Shown here piece by piece: positions 27,699-38,071 of a DNA stretch of 64,000 nucleotides. Location of the stretch: assembly GCA_013214945.1 (NCBI GenBank), contig JABSRT010000009.1, positions 63,070-127,069 of the forward strand. The letters are read 5' to 3'. The translations under genes and the position numbers were made by a program. The stretch comes from Gammaproteobacteria bacterium. Lineage in GTDB: Bacteria; Pseudomonadota; Gammaproteobacteria; Enterobacterales; Psychrobiaceae. Each line of letters begins with the position of its first letter. Within the stretch, counting starts at the first letter, position 1. A model generated the notes under the pieces. It had not been told where the DNA came from, ran no database searches, and saw only the letters and a list, made by a program, of their open reading frames with translations.

Positions 27699-28010
27699 GT
27701 AGCCCAAATATATAGCGTTAAAACGAATTGGTAACAGCATGGCCACTTTTAGCCATGATGTCAATTACAAACAACTAACAAGTGATTGAACTTTAGTCTT
27801 ACTAAGCTTTCAGTTGGTTACTTAAGCAACAGTTAGCAGCGTAATCATGTTATATCGCCTACTGTGGGGCTATAAATGGATTGAGTCTTGACTGATTTAG
27901 CCAACAATTTAGGCGAATTAACAAAGATATTAGCCACAAAAGTTCAATCTGACCGTAGTTAAACTTAAGGCAATTAAGGTACACTACGTCATCAAAATTA
28001 TTGAGGCAAA

Positions 28011-28559
28011 ATGATGCATATTGAAAAAGACATAGTGGTTACTCTGCATTACCGCTTGAGCGACGGCCAGCAAGAAATAGAAAACTCATTTGACGATGGT
28101 GTGCCAATGGTTTACCTGCACGGTCATAACAACTTAATTACTGGCCTTGAGTCAGAATTAACAGGCAAGCAACCTGGCGATCAACTAAGCGTTACTGTGG
28201 CACCTGAAGATGGTTACGGTGCTTACGACGAATCGCTTAAGCAAGACGTTCCTATTGAGTCTTTCGCCGGTCTTGATCCTCAGCCTGGGATGCAATTTAC
28301 TGCCGATACTGAAAATGGTCCACAACAGATCAATGTGCTAGCAGTGAACGACGAATTCGTTACCGTTGACGGCAACCACCCATTTGCTGGCAAGACTCTT
28401 AGCTTTGAAGTAGAAATTACTGAACTGCGCGGCGCAACGCCAACCGAATTAGAACACGGTCATATCCATGCTGGCGGCGGTTGTTGTGGTGGTTCTCATG
28501 ATGATGTCGATCATGATGAAGCAGAGCAAGACGATTCATGTTGTGGCACTAGCCACTAA
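28011..28559 (+). CDS. slyD: FKBP-type peptidyl-prolyl isomerase SlyD with His/Cys/Asp-rich metal-binding tail
   Basis: FKBP + IF domain (VVTLHYRLSDG.., NHPFAGKTLSFEVEI) and tail HGHIHAGGGCCGGSHDDVDHDEAEQDDSCCGTSH. Confidence 0.9.
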   Translation: MMHIEKDIVVTLHYRLSDGQQEIENSFDDGVPMVYLHGHNNLITGLESELTGKQPGDQLSVTVAPEDGYGAYDESLKQDVPIESFAGLDPQPGMQFTADTENGPQQINVLAVNDEFVTVDGNHPFAGKTLSFEVEITELRGATPTELEHGHIHAGGGCCGGSHDDVDHDEAEQDDSCCGTSH

Positions 28560-28621
28560 TATTATTACTACTATTACTGAGGTATGCAGCAATAAGTCTC
28601 ATACCTCAGTAATTAAATTCG

Positions 28622-28975
28622 TTATTCTTCATCTTCCTTGCGCTGCGGATTAACCCGGCCACCAGTCACTTTATCGGCCCGACCTTCATCTTTTGCCCGT
28701 TGTGCGCGCTTTAACCGTGCCGCTTTAGGATCTGCCACTAATGGCCGATATATTTCAATCCGATCACCATCGCGACAAACATCGGTCAGCTTAACCGAAC
28801 GATTAAACACGCCAACCTTGGGTGCACTAAAATCAAACTCAGAAAAAAAACGACTAATATTTGATTGCACAATAATTTCAGCAATAGTTGCGTTTGGCTC
28901 TACTTTTAATTCTATAACTTTTTGATGATCAGGCAGTGCAAAAACCACCAGCACACTAATCGTATTATTATCCAT
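28622..28975 (-). CDS. rnfH: RnfH family ubiquitin-like protein (UPF0125) with basic C-terminal extension
   Basis: ISVLVVFALPDHQ..., DRIEIYRPL motif. ATG 28975 overlaps the ratA stop by 8 nt. The longer track ORF would overlap ratA extensively. Confidence 0.8.
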   Translation of the reverse strand: MDNNTISVLVVFALPDHQKVIELKVEPNATIAEIIVQSNISRFFSEFDFSAPKVGVFNRSVKLTDVCRDGDRIEIYRPLVADPKAARLKRAQRAKDEGRADKVTGGRVNPQRKEDEE

Positions 28976-29447
28976 AAACTGTTTTTGCTCGCTCGGTAAA
29001 TGCCTTAACCATATTGTTGACCATTTCTTTAAATACTTTGCCAAACGCCATTTCGACCAGCTTGTTTGAAAACTCGAAATCGAGCGCTAATACAATTTTA
29101 CAAGCTTGTTCGTCTAATGCAACAAACTGCCACCCGCCCTGCAACTTTTTAAATGGGCCATCGAGCAACATCATGTCAATGCGCTGATTATGAATAAGGG
29201 TATTGGTGGTGGTGAAGGTTTTTTTTACCCCAGCTTTTGATACATCAACGCTGGCAGTCATAACGTTATCTTTTAGCTCAATAACACAACTGCCAACACA
29301 ACCTGGTAAAAATTCTGGATAGGCGGCAACATCATTGACTAAATCATACATTTGAGCCGCACTAAACATCACTAAAGCACTGCGGTTAACCTGCGCCATC
29401 ATCATTCCTAAAAAAATTTTTGCCATGATAACACAGCGTGTAATCAA
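28968..29447 (-). CDS. ratA: SRPBCC-fold RatA/PasT (YfjG) family protein
   Basis: VNRSALVMFSAAQMYDLVNDVAAYPEFLPGC aligns with E. coli RatA. The true start is probably one of the internal Met codons (29426-29405). Confidence 0.85.
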   Translation of the reverse strand: MITRCVIMAKIFLGMMMAQVNRSALVMFSAAQMYDLVNDVAAYPEFLPGCVGSCVIELKDNVMTASVDVSKAGVKKTFTTTNTLIHNQRIDMMLLDGPFKKLQGGWQFVALDEQACKIVLALDFEFSNKLVEMAFGKVFKEMVNNMVKAFTERAKTVYG

Positions 29448-29682
29448 TATAAGCTGCTATCTTAAGTCGATAGACGGTGCAGTTCATAAGTTATTAAATT
29501 TTTTTCATTAGAATTATTCTTATCTGGCTTAAGTTTTAACAAAGGCATTGCATTGACTATTGATCGGCTTTAATTAACTGTTAAACTTAAGCCAATTTCT
29601 GTCGGGCTTAACGCGCCAACCAATTAATTTGCCGCGTAATAAAGCAAGCAGCCCTGAATCACTGACGAGTTTAAAATATTAT

Positions 29683-30165
29683 ATGGCCAACCATAAAGGC
29701 AAAAAAGCAGGTGGCGGTAACATTGCTAAAAATAAAAAAGCCCACCACGAATACATCATCTCAGAAAAAACCGAAGCAGGACTTGAGCTGCAAGGCTGGG
29801 AAGTAAAATCAATGCGAGTTGGCAAGGTTAACCTTACCGACGCTTATGTAATCATTCAAAATAACCAAGCCTTATTGCTAGGTTGTTACATTACCCCGCT
29901 TAATACCGCCAGTACTCACGTAATTTGTGAGCCAGAGCGCCCACGTCGCTTATTATTAAATCGTCGTGAAATTGACAAGCTAACAGGCTTTGTAGAACGT
30001 CAAGGTTTTGCGATTATTGCCTTGTCTCTTTACTGGAAAGGTCCTTGGGCTAAAGTAGAAATTGGCGTTGGTAAAGGTAAGAAAGATCACGACAAACGTG
30101 ATGCCGACAAAGCCAAAGACTGGGATCGTGAAAAGTCTCGCGTGATGAAAGATTCATTACGTTAA
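29683..30165 (+). CDS. smpB: SsrA-binding protein
   Basis: [27 protein letters not shown], 160 aa from ATG 29683. The TTG-extended track ORF is unlikely. Confidence 0.95.
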   Translation: MANHKGKKAGGGNIAKNKKAHHEYIISEKTEAGLELQGWEVKSMRVGKVNLTDAYVIIQNNQALLLGCYITPLNTASTHVICEPERPRRLLLNRREIDKLTGFVERQGFAIIALSLYWKGPWAKVEIGVGKGKKDHDKRDADKAKDWDREKSRVMKDSLR

Positions 30166-30233
30166 AACAACTTACGTAATGCCTAATCAGCGAACTTATT
30201 TGCTGATTAAAAGAACAAACAACAATTCGCTAG

Positions 30234-30262
30234 TTGCGATCACGCGCCGCAACGCGTAGAAT
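30234..30262 (+). promoter_or_regulatory. Probable sigma70 promoter of ssrA (TTGCGA-17 nt-TAGAAT)
   Basis: The hexamers and 17-nt spacer lie 14 nt upstream of the mature tmRNA 5' end. Confidence 0.55.
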
Positions 30263-30275
30263 TGAATTATCGCTT

Positions 30276-30630
30276 GGGGGCGATTCTGGATTCGACGAGA
30301 TTCTTGAAACCCAAGGTGCATGTCGAGGGGCGGTTGGCCTCGTAAAAAGCCGCACTTAAACTATTCGCAAACGACGAACAGTACTCTCTAGCAGCTTAGG
30401 CTAGCTAGCTTTCCACTCAGGTGTTTCTTATGCGCAGAGATTCGGAAAGTCACCCTACATTTGATCGCGTGGAAACTTTGTCAGGAGTTGAAGCGTTAAA
30501 ACCAATCTGACTCGCCAATATCAATCCTGTCTGTCGGAGTGGTCGCGGTTAACTAAAAGACATGACTAAACATGTAGGACCGAGGATGTAGGTTTTTCGG
30601 ACGCGGGTTCAAATCCCGCCGCCTCCACCA
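30276..30630 (+). ncRNA. ssrA: tmRNA (SsrA), one-piece, tag peptide ANDEQYSLAA
   Basis: 5' GGGGGCGATTCTGGATTCGACG pairs with 3' CGCCTCC-ACCA, including the G3:U wobble. T-arm GGGTTCAAATCCCGC. Resume codon GCA followed by AAC GAC GAA CAG TAC TCT CTA GCA GCT TAG. Confidence 0.95.
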
Positions 30631-30660
30631 CATTCGGGTTTGTTACCGCAAACCTTAAAA

Positions 30661-30694
30661 AGGGCTTATCACTCACGTGATAGGCCCTTTTTTA
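30661..30694 (+). terminator. Rho-independent terminator of ssrA
   Basis: AGGGCTTATCAC-TCAC-GTGATAGGCCCT followed by TTTTTT. Confidence 0.8.
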
Positions 30695-30821
30695 TTGGCT
30701 GGCGTTTAATAAAAACTCAATTCCACTAATCATTTCTTGCCTCCCTCATTTATTCCCCATCGCAAAATAGGTCGGTAAATTATTCACGTTGCTATAATGA
30801 TCAACTTAAAGGAGATAACTT

Positions 30822-31061
30822 TTGAAACATGTAATCGCTTTGGCTGTGATCATATTTATAATCTTTAAAGTGCTTAGCCCAAATGCTCAAGAACGATATG
30901 ATGTTGGTTTTAGCGATGGGCATGCCGTTGGCTATAATGCTCAATGCAATATAAGAGCAACGACTGTTGCCATTGACTTGAACAATGAAGACTATTTCAA
31001 AGGCTATAATAATGGCAAGCAACACGGCATAAAAGCCTGTATCGATGAGAGTAACGAATAA
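30822..31061 (+). CDS. Hypothetical small membrane-anchored protein (79 aa, 2 Cys)
   Basis: Extended -10 (TGcTATAAT, 30790-30798), GGAG SD 7 nt before TTG 30822, one N-terminal TM. No family recognised. Confidence 0.55.
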   Translation: MKHVIALAVIIFIIFKVLSPNAQERYDVGFSDGHAVGYNAQCNIRATTVAIDLNNEDYFKGYNNGKQHGIKACIDESNE

Positions 31062-31188
31062 TAAAATAAACCAATCAAGCGACCGACCTACCGACTAATA
31101 CACTATAAATATCTAAATTCTAATTTTGTAGCCCCTATCCCCTTTAAGTTATCATGACTGCCTTATCACCTAGTATGGCAATTTTGTT

Positions 31189-32124
31189 TTGAATAATTAC
31201 AAGTTATTACCGGCGTTAGTTTCAATATTACAAACTCGAAATCTTACTGAATCTGCAAAACAATTAAACGTTACGCAATCGGCAATGAGTAAAACGTTGA
31301 ATCAAATTCGCGAGGCATTTCATGACAAAATTGTCATCAGAGAGGCAAATAGCTTCGTACTGACACAAAAGGGCGAAGCCCTAAAATCACAACTTCCCTT
31401 GTTGATACAACAACTAGACAATTTATATTTACCACATTCTATGGATCCAAGCCTGTGCAATAGAAAATTTACATTTGCGTCCAGCGACTATGTTGCTCAA
31501 GCCATTTTCCCATCAATTCTTGGTAAAATGGAACTCGACGCGCCCAGTGCCAGCATTGAATATGAGTTATGGAACAAAGATAAGTTATCCCAATTAGCGG
31601 AATGTTCATTGGATCTCGTGTCAACCATCACCAAAACAGTGCCCGAAAACTTGCACGGAAAAATGATGGCAGAAGACCAGTTGGTTGTTGTCTTTAGGAC
31701 CTCCCATGCCCAATCCGATAGTGGCATGTCTCTTGATGACTATATCAATGCCCGACACATTTTAATCAGCGGTGGCGGGGATAAAGATAGCTCGGTGGAT
31801 TACGCTTTATCAAAAGTTGGCCGACAGAGAAACATCTTCGCCACGGTGCCTTTTTTTCAATCGGCAATCGAGTTGTTATTAACAACAAATACCATGCTGA
31901 CAACGCCATTACACATCGCTGTCGATTTTGCACAAAATTACGATTTACAAATAAGACAGTTACCTCTGGATATAAAACCGCATCACTATTATTTACTGTG
32001 GCATGCAAAGCATCATCAAGATCCTGAACATAAATGGTTTAGAGAGTTGTGTTATCCATTACTCAAGCAACATCTGCAGCAAAGCATCAAGCAAGGCATG
32101 AAATTAATTCATACTAATAAGTAA
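31189..32124 (+). CDS. LysR-family transcriptional regulator
   Basis: N-terminal wHTH (LTESAKQLNVTQSAMSKTLNQIR) plus a substrate-binding domain; TTG start. Confidence 0.85.
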   Translation: MNNYKLLPALVSILQTRNLTESAKQLNVTQSAMSKTLNQIREAFHDKIVIREANSFVLTQKGEALKSQLPLLIQQLDNLYLPHSMDPSLCNRKFTFASSDYVAQAIFPSILGKMELDAPSASIEYELWNKDKLSQLAECSLDLVSTITKTVPENLHGKMMAEDQLVVVFRTSHAQSDSGMSLDDYINARHILISGGGDKDSSVDYALSKVGRQRNIFATVPFFQSAIELLLTTNTMLTTPLHIAVDFAQNYDLQIRQLPLDIKPHHYYLLWHAKHHQDPEHKWFRELCYPLLKQHLQQSIKQGMKLIHTNK

Positions 32125-32204
32125 AAATGGCAATTTTTAATCATAACGATTTTCCCTTAACATAATCACTGTTTCTTAAGCTTGATTATTTAAAGGATAA
32201 AAAT

Positions 32205-32813
32205 ATGGAATTTACGGCATGGGCTTCCTTGGCCTTCATTTGTATGATGGGAGCGATGACTCCAGGGCCAAGCCTAGCTGTCGTATTGAAACATACTGTT
32301 TCAGGTGGGCGAATGAATGGTGTGGTGGCAAGTTTGGCGCACGGGTTAGGTATTGCGCTGTATGCTACTTTAACGGTTATCGGCTTGGCAATTATCATTA
32401 AAGAAACGCCCTGGCTTTTTAACTTAATAAAATATGCCGGTGTGATTATGTTGCTGTGGCTAGCTTATAAATCACTAACCTCTAAAGCGGCAGTAACCAA
32501 ATTGGACGAACAAGGACCAACAGTAACGCTCAAACAAAGTTTTTTACACGGCTTTTTTATCGCTTTTTTTAACCCCAAACTAACGATATTTTTCTTGGCC
32601 CTGTTCGGTCAGTTTGTTGACGAACAGGCAGGTTGGCAACACAGTGCCATCATGGTCGCTACCGTTGTTAGCACTGACACCTTATGGTATTGCCTTATTG
32701 TTATCGTTTTATCACAATCGAATTTGTTGGTGAAATTAAAAGCCAATGCTCATATCGTTGACAAAGTCACCGGCATTGGACTGCTAGCCGTTGCCGCACG
32801 AGTGGCTTTATAA
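32205..32813 (+). CDS. LysE/RhtB-family amino-acid exporter
   Basis: 202 aa, 6 TM, N-terminal MTPGPSLAVVL motif. Confidence 0.85.
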   Translation: MEFTAWASLAFICMMGAMTPGPSLAVVLKHTVSGGRMNGVVASLAHGLGIALYATLTVIGLAIIIKETPWLFNLIKYAGVIMLLWLAYKSLTSKAAVTKLDEQGPTVTLKQSFLHGFFIAFFNPKLTIFFLALFGQFVDEQAGWQHSAIMVATVVSTDTLWYCLIVIVLSQSNLLVKLKANAHIVDKVTGIGLLAVAARVAL

Positions 32814-32997
32814 ACAGATAACGATACTAAAAATTCTCGAGTGCAAGTTCATTAGAAAAGCTCTTATTCGGCATATAGCTAATAACCTAAACGTAATTTA
32901 GTCGCTTTTGTTAGATGACGTTTTAGTGAATGGCTTAGGCTTTAAATACTTAAAACCTAGTGTAGTCATGCATGCCAACACTATCATGAACGAGAAC

Positions 32998-33040
32998 AAA
33001 AAAAACAGCAGCAATAGTTCAACTATTGCTGCTGTTTTTT
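32998..33040. terminator. Bidirectional Rho-independent terminator (14-bp stem AACAGCAGCAATAG/CTATTGCTGCTGTT flanked by A6 and T6)
   Basis: Read directly; lies between the convergent LysE and MCP genes. Confidence 0.8.
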
Positions 33041-33151
33041 GTTTCTATGACTCCATCGGTTCAACAGCCTTTGGGCCGTTGATTTGGAGTGGCTATGTTA
33101 CAAAACTGGCGCTAATCCTACTAAGAGCGGAGACTAGCGCCTAGATTGCTC

Positions 33152-34858
33152 TTAGTGGGTTCTGAACTGACCAACAAGACCTTGCAACTGCTCAGATAAA
33201 CGAGTCAAGTCATCACTGCTAACCGCTGTTTGCTGCGATCCTCTAGACGTCTGCTCAACCATGTCTAGAATGTCATGGATATTGCGGCTGATCTCGCCAA
33301 TAACAACACTTTGCTGCTCACTTGCCGTGGCAATCTGGGTATTCTTTTCGGTAATAGCGGCTACCGATTCAGTTATCCGACCTAAAGAGTCACCGGCTTT
33401 ACTCGTGTGTTCAACACAAGCTTGAGCCTGGCTACGGCTAGCGCCCATAGTTGTAACCGCAGTATTCGCACTGGCTTGTAAGCGCTCGATCATACTCTGA
33501 ATTTCCTGAGTCGAGTCCTGAGTACGTTGTGCTAAGGTACGTACTTCATCTGCAACGACGGCAAATCCGCGACCTTGCTCACCTGCTCTGGCAGCTTCAA
33601 TCGCGGCATTCAATGCAAGTAAGTTAGTTTGGTCGGCAATGCCACGTATAACATCAAGCACGGTCGCAATAGTATTACTGTCTTTCTCAACTTGCAAAAT
33701 AGCATTCGACGCGTGCTCAATTTCTGAAGTCAGCTGATTAATACTGCTAATTGCCTGCGTAACAATAACCTGCCCTTGAGTAGCCTCTTTGTCTGAATCG
33801 CTTGCTGCGGTAGCTGCGTCACCGGCATTTTCGGCGACGTCTTGCACCGTTGCTACCATTTCAGTTGTCGCTGCAGATACTTGGTCTATAGCACGTTTTT
33901 GTTGAAATACCGCTTGCTCGGTTTCTTCTGCCGTGGTGCTTAATTGGGTCGACGCTACTGATATATCATCAACCGAGCCCCGAACCTGACCTACTAGATT
34001 TTGAATATTGTCGGCAAAACGATTAAACCCTTTAGCCAACGCAGTAAGTTCGTCATTACCACGCTCTTCAAGGCGGCTGCTAATATTGCCATCGCCATTA
34101 CCAATCTCTTGCATCGCACTAACGACTTTATCCAGCGGGTTAAACACGCTTTTAACCGAGTATATGATAACCAAGCCAACAATTAGGCCGACAATAACTT
34201 GTAAAGAAAAAGCCAGATTCATCCAAAAGCTAGCGGCTTGATTGGCACTGTGTAACTCAGCTGAGGTACGACTATCTATTTCTGCAAAAAAACGTTCTAC
34301 AGGAGCCATGATCTTGGCTACTTCCTGGTGATAGTTTTGATCGAATACAATTCTTAAGGCAAAGGCTTTTACGCTTTCACCAAGGGCAGGAGTAAAGGGC
34401 CCGGTAACAATGCGACCATCACGGATGGTTTTCATCGCTTGGTCTTCAGTTTTAATTAACGCGTTCGACTGTTCATTTGCGTGCTTGAGCAGCGCAAATT
34501 CTTTAGCTGAAAAGTTGAGCTCACGCATAATGTCACTTTGTTTTTTCAACTGACTAGGATAAAGCGCCGCGTTGACTGTGCTAGGTCGAATTTGTTCACC
34601 GCTACGCCATTTGACAATATTCCAGTATTCGTCCCAATGTTGTTGTTCGCCGGTAGCAACAAATGCTCGAGCAAGTCGGGTAAGGTCCATTGAAGTATGT
34701 CGAAATTCATCGGCAAGGGCAAAGGACAAATAACGATTTGTACTGGCTTCGAACTGTTGTTTATTTTTGTCTGAAGCCATTTTTTCAGAAAAAACAGCAA
34801 GGCTAATCATCACGATAGCCAGGGAAAAAATAGTCAGTAATTTGGTTCTTATTTTCAT
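33152..34858 (-). CDS. Methyl-accepting chemotaxis protein
   Basis: N-terminal TM, periplasmic sensor, TM, HAMP, then the signalling domain ([31 protein letters not shown]). Confidence 0.9.
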   Translation of the reverse strand: MKIRTKLLTIFSLAIVMISLAVFSEKMASDKNKQQFEASTNRYLSFALADEFRHTSMDLTRLARAFVATGEQQHWDEYWNIVKWRSGEQIRPSTVNAALYPSQLKKQSDIMRELNFSAKEFALLKHANEQSNALIKTEDQAMKTIRDGRIVTGPFTPALGESVKAFALRIVFDQNYHQEVAKIMAPVERFFAEIDSRTSAELHSANQAASFWMNLAFSLQVIVGLIVGLVIIYSVKSVFNPLDKVVSAMQEIGNGDGNISSRLEERGNDELTALAKGFNRFADNIQNLVGQVRGSVDDISVASTQLSTTAEETEQAVFQQKRAIDQVSAATTEMVATVQDVAENAGDAATAASDSDKEATQGQVIVTQAISSINQLTSEIEHASNAILQVEKDSNTIATVLDVIRGIADQTNLLALNAAIEAARAGEQGRGFAVVADEVRTLAQRTQDSTQEIQSMIERLQASANTAVTTMGASRSQAQACVEHTSKAGDSLGRITESVAAITEKNTQIATASEQQSVVIGEISRNIHDILDMVEQTSRGSQQTAVSSDDLTRLSEQLQGLVGQFRTH

Positions 34859-35482
34859 GATTTAAACTTCTTTGTTAATTGTATATTAAAATATCTAATG
34901 GCTCTGTCGCATCTTGAAATTTAATATAACAAGTCTTATTTAAGACAATGTTAAGCTACCTGCAAGTAAAAACGTTCCCTAATAATCATTCCAAAAACAG
35001 CATCTACCTGGCCGTTTCGAATACTTTTCTCCATAATTCAACGACATAGCCTAAAGCATTAGAAAAATCCACTTTTCTAATGCTTTAGTATTACTTAGTA
35101 ACAGGAGCGACGCAATATTTCCATTAATTTTATAGCCTAGTTATAAGGCTATTTCACATCAAAATCACTTATCGACAGCTCAATAAAATAAAAGTAAAAG
35201 CGGGTCATCACTCTGTTATCAGAAACAACAATAGCTTAACAATTTACGTTTGATATAAAACATCTAACACCAAGAACCTAACTATTAATTTAACAATGGT
35301 TTAACTGTTAATAAAAAATATAATCATATAACCTTATATTTTCATCCCAAATACTTACTGTCGTTATTATGATTTTCTGGCCGCTGCGCTAGCTTTCTTC
35401 CGCCTCAATTTACCTCCGGAGCTATACTGGCACTATTGTGTAGTGGTCAACTAAGTTTGCTTACCCTCACCGGAGGTCGAAT

Positions 35483-35932
35483 ATAACTAAAAACAAAGGT
35501 TTTACCCTCATAGAACTGATTTTAGTCATTGTGATTTTAGTCATTATCGCCATCACAGCAGCCCCTAAATTTATTGACCTAGGTAAAGAAGCCCAAAAAG
35601 CGGCTTTTACCGCTATTGCTGCAGCCTTTAGAGCGGGTGTAGAGCGAGTACACTTTACTTGGCTCATTAGAGGGAACGGACTAGAGATTCAAAATTTCAT
35701 CACTATTTGGACCAGGTAGCAGGGGGAGATATTTGCGTTAATAATATCGGCTGCCCGTGGTTATAGCCGAAACCTGGACAGCAGTAGAGACTGTGATGAT
35801 GTGTGGCGCGCAGTGCTCGATTCACAAGATGCTTTAGTAGCTAGTGATCACACAGCCGATTTCAAATCAGTATATGAGGCTGTAATAGTTGCACTTACAC
35901 CTATGTCGACCTGCCTGAGTTTACTTTTATGA
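35483..35932 (+). pseudogene. MSHA/type IV pilin-like gene inactivated by two point lesions (ATA in place of ATG; in-frame TAG at 35717-35719)
   Basis: GGAGG SD sits 6 nt before ATA 35483. The frame encodes (M)TKNKGFTLIELILVIVILVIIAITAAPKFIDLGKEA..., the class III signal/N-methylation motif. The same frame stays open for 70 more codons after the TAG, up to TGA 35930-35932. That stretch contains 2 Cys, spaced as in the pilin C-terminal disulfide loop. Confidence 0.65.
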
Positions 35933-36131
35933 TTCAAATAGCGGTAAACTCACGATTAACAATTAACTTAACAACCCAAATAGTCACTAAGGTCATTCGA
36001 TTATCAACGCGCAAGCAATATTTTAGTTAACACTTGCTTGGGTAGTATGAAGGGCTACGCCCCCCGTTTGACATGCTTGCTCCAAGCTAAACTGTTTGGC
36101 TGTTATGATGCTGTAGAGGAGCATCACGCCA

Positions 36132-36593
36132 TTAGGGGAGATGCATTGGAATGTCGAGCCCCACCTTGACATTCTCCATCGCGACCGACGAACTGAATCT
36201 TTGGATGTTGGTATTATTAAAGAATAACTTTCGAGTTATTTTTTCATACTGCAGCATATTGGCCGCCGCAATAATTAAAATAAAATCAGCATCACCTGTC
36301 ACATAATAACATTGCTGAACTTCGTCATGCTCAAGCATGCTAGTACGAAAATTATCGATAATCGCTGCGCCTCCTTGCTTCATTATGACAGAGACAATCA
36401 CGGTAACATAACTGCCAACTAACGTAGCATCGAGCACCGCAACTTCCTTTTTAATCACCCCACTGTCACGTAATTTCTTGATCCGACGCTGACATGCTGT
36501 CGCTGACAAACCTATTTGGTCACCAAGCGCCTGAGTCGACAGCTTAGCGTTTTGCTGTAGTGACTCTAAAATATGCAGGTCAAAATCATCCAT
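36132..36593 (-). CDS. Lrp/AsnC-family transcriptional regulator
   Basis: HTH (LSTQALGDQIGLSATACQRRIKKLRDSGVI) plus a RAM domain; 153 aa. Confidence 0.9.
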   Translation of the reverse strand: MDDFDLHILESLQQNAKLSTQALGDQIGLSATACQRRIKKLRDSGVIKKEVAVLDATLVGSYVTVIVSVIMKQGGAAIIDNFRTSMLEHDEVQQCYYVTGDADFILIIAAANMLQYEKITRKLFFNNTNIQRFSSSVAMENVKVGLDIPMHLP

Positions 36594-36708
36594 CGGGTTA
36601 TTTTCCTCTCAAATTCGACTAATATGCAGCTTAACGACTTAACAAGATGACATTCGCAGCGTAACAGTGCAATAAAACAATTAAGATAATCTATTAGAAA
36701 TATTATAA

Positions 36709-37647
36709 ATGCGAGGTTCAATAGCGATGAGCATAACCAATAATGACAAAATGATGGGGGCTGGATTTGGCCTGCTAGCCGCAATTATTTGGGGTGCGTG
36801 GCCAGTTTTATCAAAAATGGCCACCAACAATAACTTGTTAGCCACTGATATTGCAGCATTACGCTTTGGCGTGGCTGGTTGTTTGTTATTGCCAGTGCTG
36901 TTGTACCAAGGGATCAAGTTAAAGCAAATTGCCAGCAAGGGCCTGCTGCTAGCAATCGGCGCTGGCGCGCCTTATGTGTTACTGGCTACCACCGGCCTTA
37001 CTTTAGCGCCCAACGCTCACTTTGGCATTATTGCGCCAACCTCAATGTTAGCATTCACTACTTTAGGCAGTGTATTGTGGTTACGCGAGTCGATTAGCAC
37101 TGCACGGATAATTGGAGTAACGCTCATTTTAGCCGGTATTTTTGTCGTTGGCGGCAGTGGAATCAGTGATATTTCTAGTGGCACTTTACTGGGCGATCTG
37201 ATGTTTTTAGGCTGTGGCATGCTGTGGGCCAGTTACACCTTGTTATGTCGCCGCTGGCAGATTAATCCGTGGACGGCTACGGCATTAGTATCGGTCGTTT
37301 CTATGTTCATTTATTTACCTATTTATTGGTTTGGCATGAACAGCCAATTGTCACAACAACCTTTAAATACGCTAATTTTTCAGGGGGTTTTTCAAGGCGT
37401 GGTAGTCGCGATTTTAGCGCTCTATTTTTATTCTAAAGCGATTAGCTTATTAGGACCTAGTACCAGCGCTGTTTTCACCGCTTTGGTTCCTCCTTTTTCT
37501 ATTTTATTTGGCGCGCTAATCCTTAAAGAGCCAATTTCCTTGGTCGAGTATTTAGGGCTTGGTTTTGTTGCGACAGGCATGTTGTTTTCATTAAAAATAT
37601 TGCGCCTGCCCAGCAGCTATTTAACAAACAGGACGAATAATGGCTGA
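36709..37647 (+). CDS. EamA/DMT family transporter, divergent from the Lrp gene
   Basis: 10-TM profile with two EamA repeats. The start is ambiguous (36709 or ATG 36727). Confidence 0.8.
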   Translation: MRGSIAMSITNNDKMMGAGFGLLAAIIWGAWPVLSKMATNNNLLATDIAALRFGVAGCLLLPVLLYQGIKLKQIASKGLLLAIGAGAPYVLLATTGLTLAPNAHFGIIAPTSMLAFTTLGSVLWLRESISTARIIGVTLILAGIFVVGGSGISDISSGTLLGDLMFLGCGMLWASYTLLCRRWQINPWTATALVSVVSMFIYLPIYWFGMNSQLSQQPLNTLIFQGVFQGVVVAILALYFYSKAISLLGPSTSAVFTALVPPFSILFGALILKEPISLVEYLGLGFVATGMLFSLKILRLPSSYLTNRTNNG

Positions 37648-38071
37648 TAAAAAAAGTACCGTGCGCTAGCGCTGTACTAATAGTCAGCCGTTGCTAAATA
37701 AAGAACAAGAGCACTACTCACGTCACGCGTAATGCTCTTGTTTAAAACAATATGCCTTCTAAAATATCTTCGTCAGCATGTATTGATCGCTTAATTTTGG
37801 GTACTTTTTCGTACTTAGGCTCGATGATTTAAATTGATAATTCATTGCACCAATCCCATTTTTAGCGCGTGGATCTGCTTGTCATTTTTTAAATGCCCTC
37901 TTACTAACAACACCCTTATTAACAACACCCTGATGTCGGCACCTTTAGTTTATTTTTTTTTAAAAGTACCGTTGTTAACAAAGTCGAGTGATTAGAATGG
38001 CTGGGCAATCCTGCACACAGCACCATAACTGCCACAACTTAGTAAACCCATGATTATTAATCTAAAGACAA

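Noticed and set aside
32908-33144. 78-aa ORF between the LysE and MCP genes
   Set aside because: It has a TTG start without an SD, and it reads straight through the bidirectional terminator hairpin (32998-33040). That hairpin accounts for its NSSNSSTIAAVF segment.
33400-33720. The two MCP genes (33152-34858 minus, 40871-42619 plus) share an identical 40-aa signalling segment in inverted orientation, which might be a recombination/inversion substrate or a recent duplication
   Set aside because: At DNA level the shared segment differs at most synonymous positions. The identity therefore reflects the universally conserved MCP hairpin tip, not a recent duplication.
36566-36938. 72-aa and 85-aa minus-strand ORFs in and around the Lrp/EamA divergent promoter
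   Set aside because: They overlap the 5' end of the well-supported EamA gene or the spacer, have no SD and show hydrophobic shadow-frame composition.
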